Shown: in pieces, positions 38,263-47,648 of the stretch
Layout of the letters: each line of letters starts with the position of its first letter
Position numbering within the stretch: position 1 is the first letter of the stretch
Origin: Planctomycetota bacterium
GTDB lineage: Bacteria > Planctomycetota > SZUA-567 > H5-PLA8
Assembly (NCBI GenBank): GCA_037129555.1
Contig: JBAXUS010000005.1
Location: forward strand, 7,086 to 71,085
Direction: 5' to 3'
DNA length: 64,000 nucleotides
Made by a program: the position numbers and the translations under genes
Notes under the pieces: generated by a model
What the model saw: only the letters and a program-made list of their open reading frames with translations
What the model was told of the DNA's origin: nothing
Databases searched by the model: none

Positions 38263-40131
38263 CTATAAAAGGCGCGCGAGTGTTTGCTCGAAGGTCAGTT
38301 CGTCCTGGGATTTTGCGTTGAGGTCTTTGAGCATCAGGGTGCCTTTGGCGATTTCGTTGGCTCCGAGAATGGCGGCGAATGGGATGCCTTTTTTGCTTGC
38401 GGCTGAGAGTTGCTTGTCGATCTTTGGTTTCTTCTCGTTGTCTAAAAGCATTTCGGATGCGATGCCGGCAGCGCGTAATTTTCCGAGCAGCGTGAGTGCC
38501 GGAAGGATGCCTTCGGCGTCCATCGGGACGACGCAGACGCGGCTGGTCGCGCCGCATTTTTTCACGACTTTCAATTCAGACAGCCCGGCGAAGAGGCGGT
38601 CGATGCCGACGCTGATGCCGACGGCGGGCGTGGGCTTGCCGGAGTAGCGCGCGATCAGGCCGTCGTAACGTCCGCCCGACATGACACTGCCGAAGCCGGG
38701 GAGGTCGGTGAGGAATGTTTCATACACGGTACCCGTGTAATAATCGAGTCCGCGCGCGATGGAGAAATCGAGGATTGGCGTTGGCTCGGGCAGAAGTAAA
38801 TGCGATTGAGACGAATTTTTTGTGTCGTCTTCAATAGGAATTGCGGGCCTGCGTCCACCCGTCTGCGCATCAACATATTTCTTAACTTCGCGTAATTCGG
38901 AGACGGCTTCGTCGCCGACGCTGCCGACGAGCGCGCTGAATTGGGCGATCATGTCGTCAAAATTACCGGCGATGTCGACGAAGCGGATGATGGTTTCGAT
39001 TTGTTCAGCGTTGCATTTGGCATCGGTGTCGAGAAGTTCGCGGACGCGTTGCTTGCCCTGGGACGGAAGTTTGTCGATAGTGCGGAAGATCGCCATCATC
39101 TGGCGTTCGTCGGCGACGTTGAGTTTCTGTCCGAGCGCGGAGAGGACTTTGCGGTTGTTGAAGCGGACTTCGGCCTTGACGCCGAGTTCCTGCATGACGG
39201 CGAAATCGAGCGCGATGCACTCGGCGTCGTACATTAAGGAGGCAGAGCCGACGATGTCGCAATCACATTGGAAGAATTCGCGGAAGCGGCCTCGTCCGGG
39301 ATTTTCAGCGCGCCAGACGGGGGCGACTTGATAGCGCTTGAAGGGCTTTTGCAGGTCTGCGTATTGAGCAGCGACGCGCGCGAGCGGGACGGTTAAATCG
39401 TAGCGTAAACAGACATCGCGGCCGCCGTTGTCGCGGAAGCGGAAGAGCAGCTTTTCGGCATCGCCGCCGAGTTTTCCGAGGAGGATGTCGGTGTATTCGA
39501 GCGCGGGCGTTTGCAGCGGCGCGAAGCCGAAACGCTCGAAGACGCGCGTGATGGCTCCGATCATGGCTTGGCGCGGCAGCATGTCTTCGGGGAGATAATC
39601 GCGGAAGCCTTTGAGCGTGCGCGGTTCGATGACAGCTCCACCGGATTTCTTGGCTGATTCAAAATCGAGCAGTTGAAGGGACGCGCCGAGGAAGGCTTTG
39701 AGGTCGTCGGCGGCGACGAGGGTTTCGAGAAGCGGGTCTCCACTGGAGACGGCGATGTTTTCGGAATCAAAGACGCGACCATCGGCGACGACGGGGAACT
39801 TTTTTTCAGGTGCGTTGAACGGTGTCACAGCGTTCATTGGCGCGGCGAAATCGGCTTCGAGTTTTTCCTGCGGATAGTAATCGGCGTCCTGGCCGAGCAA
39901 CTTCGACAGTGTTTTGAGATCGAGACGCTCGGGGGCTTGAAGCAGCAGCACGAAGGGTGCACCAGTGGCTTTGAGTTGCATGGCGAGCGCTTTGACGCAG
40001 TGTTCGGGCGCGATGTTGAATGCCTTTGCGAGTACATCAGCACGCTCGCGTGGATTCGTCGGGGCAGCGTTTAGCTTATGCTCAGTCAGTTGAAAACCAC
40101 TGGTTGTAAAACTTGATTGAAAACTAAGCAT
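38263..40131 (-). CDS. hisS: Histidine--tRNA ligase with a ~170-aa N-terminal YbaK/ProX-like extension
   Basis: Class II aaRS motifs 1-3 (…RYDLTVPLARVAAQ…RYQVAPVWRAENPGRGRFREFFQCDCDIVG…, …GGRYDGLIARYSG…) and an anticodon-binding domain. The usual N-terminus (…KGFRDYLPED…) is preceded by ~170 aa that resemble YbaK/ProX deacylases. Confidence 0.8.
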   Translation of the reverse strand: MLSFQSSFTTSGFQLTEHKLNAAPTNPRERADVLAKAFNIAPEHCVKALAMQLKATGAPFVLLLQAPERLDLKTLSKLLGQDADYYPQEKLEADFAAPMNAVTPFNAPEKKFPVVADGRVFDSENIAVSSGDPLLETLVAADDLKAFLGASLQLLDFESAKKSGGAVIEPRTLKGFRDYLPEDMLPRQAMIGAITRVFERFGFAPLQTPALEYTDILLGKLGGDAEKLLFRFRDNGGRDVCLRYDLTVPLARVAAQYADLQKPFKRYQVAPVWRAENPGRGRFREFFQCDCDIVGSASLMYDAECIALDFAVMQELGVKAEVRFNNRKVLSALGQKLNVADERQMMAIFRTIDKLPSQGKQRVRELLDTDAKCNAEQIETIIRFVDIAGNFDDMIAQFSALVGSVGDEAVSELREVKKYVDAQTGGRRPAIPIEDDTKNSSQSHLLLPEPTPILDFSIARGLDYYTGTVYETFLTDLPGFGSVMSGGRYDGLIARYSGKPTPAVGISVGIDRLFAGLSELKVVKKCGATSRVCVVPMDAEGILPALTLLGKLRAAGIASEMLLDNEKKPKIDKQLSAASKKGIPFAAILGANEIAKGTLMLKDLNAKSQDELTFEQTLARLL

Positions 40132-40312
40132 TTCGATACCTTGGTTGGTCTGAGAATTTAAAATGATTCGGCGTGTAAATCCGCGCGCAAATTTTATGTC
40201 GCCCTTTCAGGGCTTGGATTTCTATGGGCGACGGACCTAGGGCTGCGCGAGTACGCTTAGCCCTAGGCTATATCATGCCGCCCCATTCGGGGCTGAAAAA
40301 TCGGGGCTGAAA

Positions 40313-40380
40313 AACAACATCAATCCTTTCGGGGCATAAAACAACATCAACCCTTTAAGAACTTATAACAATATCAACCC
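40313..40380. repeat. Three direct copies of a 14-mer AACAA(C/T)ATCAA(C/T)CC at an exact 27-bp period in the hisS upstream region
   Basis: Copies start at 40313, 40340 and 40367. Preceded by a GGGGCTGAAAAA tandem (40289-40314) and a 9-bp-stem palindrome CCTAGGGCT…AGCCCTAGG (40236-40267). Confidence 0.7.
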
Positions 40381-40452
40381 AATAAAAATTATTCTCGAAG
40401 ATTCGCGTCCATTCGCGTTATTCGATGTTAAAAAGCCGTTTTCTGTTCGCCG

Positions 40453-41439
40453 TTAATTCGCCACACCGGCTTCACGGTAACGTCCCAGGGCGCGGAGTTT
40501 TCGGTAGCGGCGTTCGAGCAATTGCGGCAGCGGTTGTGCGGCCAAGTCGCCTAATTCTCGGAGGATTGTTTTCTTGAGGAGCTTCGCGGCGGCGACACGG
40601 TCGCGGTGTGCGCCTCCGAGTGGTTCGGGGACGATGCCATCGACGATGCCCAAACGCAGCAATTCCGGCGCGGTGATGCGCAGCGCTTCGGCGGCGTCGG
40701 CTTTGCGTTCGGCGTCTTTCCACAAAATTGATGCGCAGCCTTCGGGGCTGATGACGCTGAAGTACGCGAATTCCTGGATCATCAAGCGGTCGCCGACACC
40801 GATGCCGAGTGCTCCACCGGAGCCGCCTTCGCCGATTACGACGCAGACGATGGGGACTTTAAGGCCGGACATTTGCATCAAATTATAGGCAATCGCCTGG
40901 GACTGGCCGCGCTCTTCGGCTCCGATGTCAGGTGCTGCACCTTTGGTGTCGATCAGGCAGACGATGGGCAGCTTCAACTTTTCAGCGAGGCGCATTTTCA
41001 GGAGCGCTTTGCGGAAGCCTTCGGGTTGGGGCGAGCCGAAATTGCAGATCGAACGTTCGTGAACGTCACGGCCTTTGTGCTGGCCAACAAGCATGAAGCG
41101 GACGCCGTCCATTTGGGCGAAACCGGAGAGGATCGCGCGGTCGTCGGCGAAGGTGCGGTCGCCGTGCAATTCGATGAAATCTTCGCACATCATTTCGACG
41201 TAATCGGCGGTCTGGGGGCGGTGCACGTGCCGAGCCATCTGGATGCGGTCCCACGCGGTAAGCTTCGCGCACATTTCTTTGAGAGAGAGTTCGCGCAGCG
41301 CATTCTGGCGATCAATTTCGGAGGTGAGATCGACGTTGTTCTGCTTGCAGAGATCTTCGAGCTTCCGAATCCGATCGTCAAAGTCCCGCAACGACGATTC
41401 GAAGGGTAAATAATGACTGCTGGTCGGACGGATGGACAT
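40453..41439 (-). CDS. accA: Acetyl-CoA carboxylase carboxyltransferase subunit alpha
   Basis: Collinear with AccA throughout (…PIVCLIDTKGAAPDIGAEERGQSQAIA…VVIGEGGSGGALGIGVGD…VISPEGCASILWKDA…). Confidence 0.85.
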   Translation of the reverse strand: MSIRPTSSHYLPFESSLRDFDDRIRKLEDLCKQNNVDLTSEIDRQNALRELSLKEMCAKLTAWDRIQMARHVHRPQTADYVEMMCEDFIELHGDRTFADDRAILSGFAQMDGVRFMLVGQHKGRDVHERSICNFGSPQPEGFRKALLKMRLAEKLKLPIVCLIDTKGAAPDIGAEERGQSQAIAYNLMQMSGLKVPIVCVVIGEGGSGGALGIGVGDRLMIQEFAYFSVISPEGCASILWKDAERKADAAEALRITAPELLRLGIVDGIVPEPLGGAHRDRVAAAKLLKKTILRELGDLAAQPLPQLLERRYRKLRALGRYREAGVAN

Positions 41440-41647
41440 GGATAGAGCCCCGGTAAAAACACGACAACACAATGCGACTAAGGGGGGATAAAATACCTTC
41501 TGGAGCGGTTGAATTCAATGAAAATGTGGGGGAGGGTGAGAAATGCTCGGAGCATTTTTGTCGGGAATCGACAAATAGTGTGCGTCTATAAAGGGTGGTG
41601 TTGCTCGCTTACAGGACGTTATCTTTCAAGCATCGGAATTTTACGTT

Positions 41648-42832
41648 ATGCGGATTCTCTTCCCTTTAATGGTAGTCATCGTTCTCACTGCGAATACTGT
41701 ATGGAGTGCGGATGACGCGCCTGCTGCCCAGACGGGTTGCACCAATTGCCGTATGGCGGTGACGGTTCAGCGCAGGACGCCTCAGACCACTCAAGTTTCC
41801 GAGGTCGAGAATTCGTATCTCGCGCCGTCGGTCACGATTCTTGTTGGCGATACGGTGACGTGGACGAACAATGGGATGGTGGATCATACGACGACCAGTG
41901 ACGACGGGTTTTGGGATTCCGGGCGGATGGTTCCGGGCAAAGTGTTTTCGTATACGTTTAAAAAGGTGGGTACGTTCAAATACAATTGTGTCTATCACAA
42001 GTCGATGGGCATGAAGGGGACGGTCATTGTGCTGCCGCCTGCGCCAGTGATTACGAGTTCGTTTGTCGCGACGGGCGCTGTGGGGTTGCCTTTTTATTAT
42101 GCGATTACCGGGACGAATTCGCCGGACACATTTACTGCGATGCCGTTGCCCCAGGGCTTGACGTTAAATGGGAATATCATTTCAGGAATTCCGGCTGCGT
42201 CGGGAAGTTTTTCGATCACCATCGGCGCGTCGAGTGCATCGGGAGGAGACACGAAGACGTTGGCGCTGGATGTTGTTGATGCGATAGCGGAGACGGATAC
42301 AGATGCTGATGGTTTTCCGGATGCGTTGGAGATCGCGGCGGGATCGTCGGAGAACGATATGTCTGCGACTCCTTATAGTATCGCGTCGGGAGCGTTGACG
42401 CCGGTCCTCGGTTCGAAGGTGTCGGTCGCTTTGAATTTTACAAAGATGGGGAGCGACAGTATCAAAGTCACGGGCTTGTTGCCGGTGACGTCCGCGCCCA
42501 TGGTGTCCGGAGCCATCGTGGCGGTGGATATCGGCGGTGTTGTGAAGACGTTCGAGCTTGACGAAAAAGGTTCGGCGAAGAGTGGTACGAGTTCTGCGAA
42601 ATTCACGACGAAGACGGATCGGAATGCGGGCTTGGTTTCGGCGTTCAGTGTGAGTTTGAGCAAAGGCGATTTTGCGGTGACGTTGGCGAAAATTGGTTTG
42701 GATGGGAATGCAGATTTGAAGGCGGTTCGGAAAGCGATGTCGCTGACGATTCTGTTCAGCGGGACGCACTATCAGACGACGCGAATTGTGTTGTACACGT
42801 CGAAGATGAACAAGAGCGGTACGGCGAAATGA
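41648..42832 (+). CDS. Secreted cupredoxin (plastocyanin/azurin-like type-1 copper) domain protein with C-terminal Ig-like domains
   Basis: Signal peptide; copper ligand arrangement (…MVDHTTT… and …YNCVYHKSMGM, C-x2-H-x4-M); downstream Ig-like repeats. Confidence 0.6.
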   Translation: MRILFPLMVVIVLTANTVWSADDAPAAQTGCTNCRMAVTVQRRTPQTTQVSEVENSYLAPSVTILVGDTVTWTNNGMVDHTTTSDDGFWDSGRMVPGKVFSYTFKKVGTFKYNCVYHKSMGMKGTVIVLPPAPVITSSFVATGAVGLPFYYAITGTNSPDTFTAMPLPQGLTLNGNIISGIPAASGSFSITIGASSASGGDTKTLALDVVDAIAETDTDADGFPDALEIAAGSSENDMSATPYSIASGALTPVLGSKVSVALNFTKMGSDSIKVTGLLPVTSAPMVSGAIVAVDIGGVVKTFELDEKGSAKSGTSSAKFTTKTDRNAGLVSAFSVSLSKGDFAVTLAKIGLDGNADLKAVRKAMSLTILFSGTHYQTTRIVLYTSKMNKSGTAK

Positions 42833-42989
42833 GTGGTGTCCGCTGCGTTGTTTTTACGTGATAAGAAGCCGACAATGACGTGCGCAATATAACATAGAAT
42901 TTGCGCTATTGCGCGGATTGTATTTTTGCGTTCGCGGGTAATATGGTACTCAACCGGCGGGGTTCGCCGGATTTTGAGGAAACCATTCA

Positions 42990-45353
42990 ATGCCCCTGAC
43001 GCCCATCGCAACACCCAATTTCACACCTGTCGAATTGAAGGCTTTGGCCGGATCGCCGTATGCCGCTGCGTATCCGTTGCATGAAAAAATGCCGACATTG
43101 ATCGTGAACAATTTCCCGGCACTTGGTCGGCTCGCTGCGATGCGATTCATTGAGTGGGCGCAGGGCAATCCGGGCGGCGCGATTTCGTTGCCGACTGGGA
43201 AGACGCCCGAGCATTTCATCGCGTGGGTTACGCGCATTTTGAAGACGTGGAACAGCTCCGAGATGGGCTTGATTCTCGAGCAGAACGGCGTATCCGTCTC
43301 GCGCGGTAAGCCGGATATGGGCAGCTTGAAGTTTGTCCAGATCGACGAATTTTATCCAATGCCCGCGCAGCAGAAAAACAGCTTCCATTATTATGTCAGT
43401 AAATATTACGTAGACGGCTTTGGATTGAACCGCGAGAAGTGCCTGCTAATGGATGCCGGGCGCATCGGATTGACGGAGACACAGAAGCTTGAAGACGTGT
43501 GGTTGGACGGCACGTGCGATTTGGAACTGCGAACTCGGCAGGCGCGGACGGCGTTGGAGCGCGTGCAAAAAGATGCGCTGTATCGCGTCGATCAGTGGTG
43601 CCAGGATTTTGAAGAGAAGGTCCGGCAGATGGGTGGCATCGGATTCTTCCTCGGCGGCATCGGCCCGGATGGGCACATCGGATTTAACGTGCGCGGATCG
43701 GATCATCATTCGACGACGCGGTTGACTCAAACGAATTACGAAACGCAGGCGGCGTCGGCGTCGGATCTCGGTGGGATCGAAGTCGCTCGCAAACGACTCG
43801 TGATCACGATCGGACTCGGGACGATCACATTTAATCCGAACGCGACTGCGCTGATCATCGCGGCGGGCGAAGCGAAAGCGCCGATTGTGTCCGCGTCGAT
43901 TCAGCATGACGCGAGCGTGATTTATCCGGCGACGAGTTTGCGTGGCCTTCCCAACGCGCGCTTTTATTTGACGCAGGGCGCGGCGAAATTGCTGGATGCC
44001 CGCCGCTTGGTTGGGTTGGCTAATGTGCAAACCGTTACGGACGAAATTGTCGAACAGGCGCTGGTTGATGTCTCGGTTCGCAAGCAGAGGCGTTTGCTTG
44101 ATCTGACGATGGATGACGTCAAGGGTGATGCGTTTGCTGAAGAGACGTTGCGGAAATATGGCGGGTCGTTGAGTTCTGCTGCGACGAAGATTCACGACCG
44201 CTTGGTCGCGAAGATCGAGGCTGGAGCGGCGTGTCGGAAAGACACGTGTTTCCTGCATACCGAACCGCACCATGACGACGTGATGCTGGGTTATTTGCCG
44301 GCGGTGGTGCGAAACATTCGCGACGCCAGCAACGAGCATTATTTTGCGACACTGACGAGCGGCTTCACGGCTGTGACGAACGATTTCGCGCGCGAACGAT
44401 TCCAACGCGCCCGATTGTTTTTGGACACACCGCATTTCGCCGCGCTTGAAAAAGAAGGTCATTTCACGCCTAAGAATCCGCGTGCGCGCAACCGCGAATT
44501 GTGGCGCTACCTCGATGGTGTCGCGGCGAATGATCCGGCGATGCGGCACGAAGCGGAGAGCTGCCGCGACATTCGCAATATTCTTGACGCGCACGACGAA
44601 TCGAACACGGCGCAAGTCCGCGCGCATCTCGACGAACTCGTCACATATTTGAAGAGTGCGTATCCCGGGCAGAAAGATACCGAGATGGTGCAGCGCTTGA
44701 AGGGCATGTTCCGCGAATGGGAAGCTGAGACGCTGTGGGGCTATTTTGGGTGGCAGACTGAGCGCGTGTTCCATCTGCGGCTCGGATTTTATTCCGGTGA
44801 TATTTTTACTCAAGAACCGACGCTGGAACGCGACGTTCCGCCGGTCGTGGAGTTGTTGAAGAAGACGACGCCGCACGTGGTCAGCGTGGCGCTGGACCCG
44901 GAAGCGAGCGGGCCGGACACTCATTATAAGGTGATGCAGGCGACGGCAGCTGGATTGAAAATGTACGCGGAAGAGACGGGGCGCAGCGACATCACGGTAT
45001 GGGGCTATCGCAACGTGTGGTTCCGCTACCATCCGTGTGAAGCGAATTTGTTTGTGCCGGTGTCGTTGAACATGATGTCGATCATGGAGTCGTCTTTCCA
45101 CACGACATTCGCGTCGCAGACGAAAGCGTCGTTTCCGAGCTACGAACACGAAGGACCGTTCTGCGAATTGGCGCAGAAGATTCAAGTCTCGCAATATGCG
45201 GCGCTGCGGACGTGCCTCGGCGAAGCGTGGTTCTACGAGCATCCGAGTCCGCTGATTCGCGCGGCGCGAGGACTGGTGTTCCTGAAAGAAATGAAGCTCG
45301 ATGAATTCTATACGTTCTGTCGCGAGTTGAGGCAGAGTGCAGAAAACAAATAA
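42990..45353 (+). CDS. Glucosamine-6-phosphate deaminase-like (NagB fold) N-terminal domain fused to an LmbE/PIG-L-like deacetylase C-terminal domain
   Basis: N-terminal …GGAISLPTGKTPEHFIAW… and …GGIGPDGHIGFNVRGS… (NagB/6-phosphogluconolactonase family). C-terminal half has …TEPHHDDVMLGYLP… (HPDDE-like) and …GPDTHYKV… blocks. Confidence 0.55.
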   Translation: MPLTPIATPNFTPVELKALAGSPYAAAYPLHEKMPTLIVNNFPALGRLAAMRFIEWAQGNPGGAISLPTGKTPEHFIAWVTRILKTWNSSEMGLILEQNGVSVSRGKPDMGSLKFVQIDEFYPMPAQQKNSFHYYVSKYYVDGFGLNREKCLLMDAGRIGLTETQKLEDVWLDGTCDLELRTRQARTALERVQKDALYRVDQWCQDFEEKVRQMGGIGFFLGGIGPDGHIGFNVRGSDHHSTTRLTQTNYETQAASASDLGGIEVARKRLVITIGLGTITFNPNATALIIAAGEAKAPIVSASIQHDASVIYPATSLRGLPNARFYLTQGAAKLLDARRLVGLANVQTVTDEIVEQALVDVSVRKQRRLLDLTMDDVKGDAFAEETLRKYGGSLSSAATKIHDRLVAKIEAGAACRKDTCFLHTEPHHDDVMLGYLPAVVRNIRDASNEHYFATLTSGFTAVTNDFARERFQRARLFLDTPHFAALEKEGHFTPKNPRARNRELWRYLDGVAANDPAMRHEAESCRDIRNILDAHDESNTAQVRAHLDELVTYLKSAYPGQKDTEMVQRLKGMFREWEAETLWGYFGWQTERVFHLRLGFYSGDIFTQEPTLERDVPPVVELLKKTTPHVVSVALDPEASGPDTHYKVMQATAAGLKMYAEETGRSDITVWGYRNVWFRYHPCEANLFVPVSLNMMSIMESSFHTTFASQTKASFPSYEHEGPFCELAQKIQVSQYAALRTCLGEAWFYEHPSPLIRAARGLVFLKEMKLDEFYTFCRELRQSAENK

Positions 45354-45397
45354 CGGAATGGTTTTGGAGTTCGTGGCAATTGAACGCGGAAAAACAG

Positions 45398-45415
45398 GGA
45401 GCAGAGTACTGCTCC
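45398..45415. repeat. Third copy of the GGAGCAG-N4-CTGCTCC hairpin (reverse complement of the 38142 copy)
   Basis: GGAGCAG-agta-CTGCTCC, 44 nt downstream of the NagB-LmbE stop and just inside the longest xylR ORF. Confidence 0.65.
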
Positions 45416-45436
45416 TTGGCACCGGCACATGTGATG

Positions 45437-46735
45437 TCGTACTTTGAAAGCGCAGGATTAATGGGCTCTCTGAATCGGAACTCGGAAATTGTGCGCGAAA
45501 TAAATCAGATTGCGCGGTGGCGGCAGGTGGCCGTTGTGTTTCCGCTGCAATTGGATCCGACACGCGATGATGTTGGGACGATTGAGGGGCAGAGCCTTGC
45601 GCAGCATCAATTCAAAACGATGTTCAGCAGTCACGGAATTCTGCGCGGTGTGTGCCAGTTTGCGCGGACGCACAACGAATGGAATTTGTGTTTTTCGGAG
45701 AACGATCCGAAGGGGTTGAGCCGCTTTATCAAGCAGTTGAAACCTGAAGGCGTTGTGGCTCATGTGTCATCGCCAGAAGTGAAAAAGATTCTCGAACGTT
45801 CAGGCGTCAAAGTCGTGAACGTGTCGAGTTACCTGGCCGATCCCGGCGTGCCCTCGGTGGTGGTGGACAACTTGGCGATCGGTCGGCTTGCGGCTGGGCA
45901 TTTGTTGGAGAGCGGATTTCGACGCGCTGCGTTTGTCGGTTATCCCGGCGTTCATTTCTCGGATTTGCGCTTGGAAGGATTCGTCCGTGAATTCAAAACA
46001 CTGGGCCAAACACCGCTGTCTTTCCCGCCGCCTGAACTCGCCGGAAAAGAGATGAAGTACACGGCTGAGAACAAGGAACTGTGCAAGTGGCTGCGGGCGC
46101 TGGTCAAGCCGGTAGGGATATTTTGCTGCAATGACGGATTGGCGTCGTGCATCGCCGACACGTGCCGGTCATTGGGGATTCGAGTTCCGGACGATGTGGC
46201 ACTGTTGGGCGCGGACAATTCGGAGATCGTGTGCGAGCTGTCGCATCCGCCGTTGTCGAGCGTCCGCATTTCGCGCGAACGGATCGGGTACCTTGCGGCG
46301 GAGATGTTGTACAACGCGATGAAGGGTCAGGTTCTTCCTCGCGAACACACGTTGTTTGCACCGGACGGAATTGCGAAGCGGTTGTCGACTGACATCCTGG
46401 CGATTGAAGACGAGGACCTGGTGCTGGCGATGAAATTCATCCGCGAGCACGCACATGATTCGATCGGCGTCGAGGATATTCTGCGCAACGTGCCGATCTC
46501 GCGTCGGTTGCTCGAAAAGAAATTTCGGACGCTGTTGAACAAATCGCCGCTGGATGAAATTCAGCGTGTGCATCTGGAGCGCGCGAAGCAGTTACTCACC
46601 GACACGGATCAAAGTTTGGCGCAGGTTGCGAAGGCGTCTGGATTCAACAGCGGCGAGCGGTTGTCGGTTGTGTTCAAGCAAAAAGTGGACATGCCTCCGG
46701 GGGAATTCCGTCGGCGGTCGCGGCTGAACAAATGA
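45437..46735 (+). CDS. XylR-type transcriptional regulator (periplasmic-binding-protein-like sensor domain + AraC-family HTH)
   Basis: C-terminal AraC HTH (…SLAQVAKASGFNSGERLSVVFKQKVDMPPGEFRR); N-terminal LacI/PBP-like sugar-binding fold. Start uncertain (45380/45437/45464). Confidence 0.65.
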   Translation, partial: SYFESAGLMGSLNRNSEIVREINQIARWRQVAVVFPLQLDPTRDDVGTIEGQSLAQHQFKTMFSSHGILRGVCQFARTHNEWNLCFSENDPKGLSRFIKQLKPEGVVAHVSSPEVKKILERSGVKVVNVSSYLADPGVPSVVVDNLAIGRLAAGHLLESGFRRAAFVGYPGVHFSDLRLEGFVREFKTLGQTPLSFPPPELAGKEMKYTAENKELCKWLRALVKPVGIFCCNDGLASCIADTCRSLGIRVPDDVALLGADNSEIVCELSHPPLSSVRISRERIGYLAAEMLYNAMKGQVLPREHTLFAPDGIAKRLSTDILAIEDEDLVLAMKFIREHAHDSIGVEDILRNVPISRRLLEKKFRTLLNKSPLDEIQRVHLERAKQLLTDTDQSLAQVAKASGFNSGERLSVVFKQKVDMPPGEFRRRSRLNK

Positions 46736-46769
46736 ACCGTGTGATGTAAATTTTCTCGCTCTCAAATCC

Positions 46770-47648
46770 GTGCCGTTTATCATCATGAGCATGCACAGCG
46801 CCCTTTATACTGGCTGGGTCCGGCACCGGCGGACGTCGCCTGTCGACAATGCGTTTCAGTATTCGCTGTCGATGGCGTATCTCGATCTCGACGAGCTGGA
46901 CACCGTCTTCCATAAATGTGCGTTTTGGTCGGCGCATGAATTTAATCTTGCGTGGTTTCGCCGGGATGATTACATGATCGCGTCGCGCCGGCTTGGGCAA
47001 TCGCTGGGTGATGCGGTGCGCGATTGTGTCGAGCAGCGTTGCGGCTCGCGGCCTGAGGGGCCGATTCGAATTCTGACGAATGTTCGGCGCTTTGGATTCG
47101 GCATGAATCCGGTCAGTTTTTATTATTGCTTCCAGCCGGATGGCGTCGCGCTGCATTCGATTGTTGCTGAGATTAATAACACGCCGTGGAATGAGCAATT
47201 CGCGTATGTGCTGCCGTGTGGCGAGGGCGTTGAGGTGAAGCGCTCGGTCGGTGAGTCTGCGGTGCTCGGGTGGCCACCGGTTCAGCCGGGGATGACGAAA
47301 ATTGCGTCGGGCTCGAAGACGATGCACCGGTTTTGTTTTAAGAAGACGTTCCATGTGTCGCCGTTTTTGGATATGGACTATGAGTACGATTGGCGTTTCA
47401 GCGTTCCGGGGAAGAAGCTTGCGGTGCATATGATCAATCGTAAGTCCCAGGGCGAGCCGTTTGATTCGACCATGATTCTGTCGCGCCGCGCGATTTCGCC
47501 GCGTGAATTGGCGCTGGATGTGCTCCGTCAACCGTTGATGACACTGAAGGTCTTTGCAGCAATTTACTTTCAAGCGGCGCGACTTTGGTTAAAAAGGACT
47601 CCGTCATTTTCGCATCCGCAAGGATCCGTCGGGGAGAAAATCGTTTAA
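46770..47648 (+). CDS. DUF1365-family protein (usual partner of cyclopropane-fatty-acid synthase)
   Basis: N-terminal …SALYTGWVRHRR… signature. Stop overlaps the cfa start (TAATG). Confidence 0.6.
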   Translation: MPFIIMSMHSALYTGWVRHRRTSPVDNAFQYSLSMAYLDLDELDTVFHKCAFWSAHEFNLAWFRRDDYMIASRRLGQSLGDAVRDCVEQRCGSRPEGPIRILTNVRRFGFGMNPVSFYYCFQPDGVALHSIVAEINNTPWNEQFAYVLPCGEGVEVKRSVGESAVLGWPPVQPGMTKIASGSKTMHRFCFKKTFHVSPFLDMDYEYDWRFSVPGKKLAVHMINRKSQGEPFDSTMILSRRAISPRELALDVLRQPLMTLKVFAAIYFQAARLWLKRTPSFSHPQGSVGEKIV

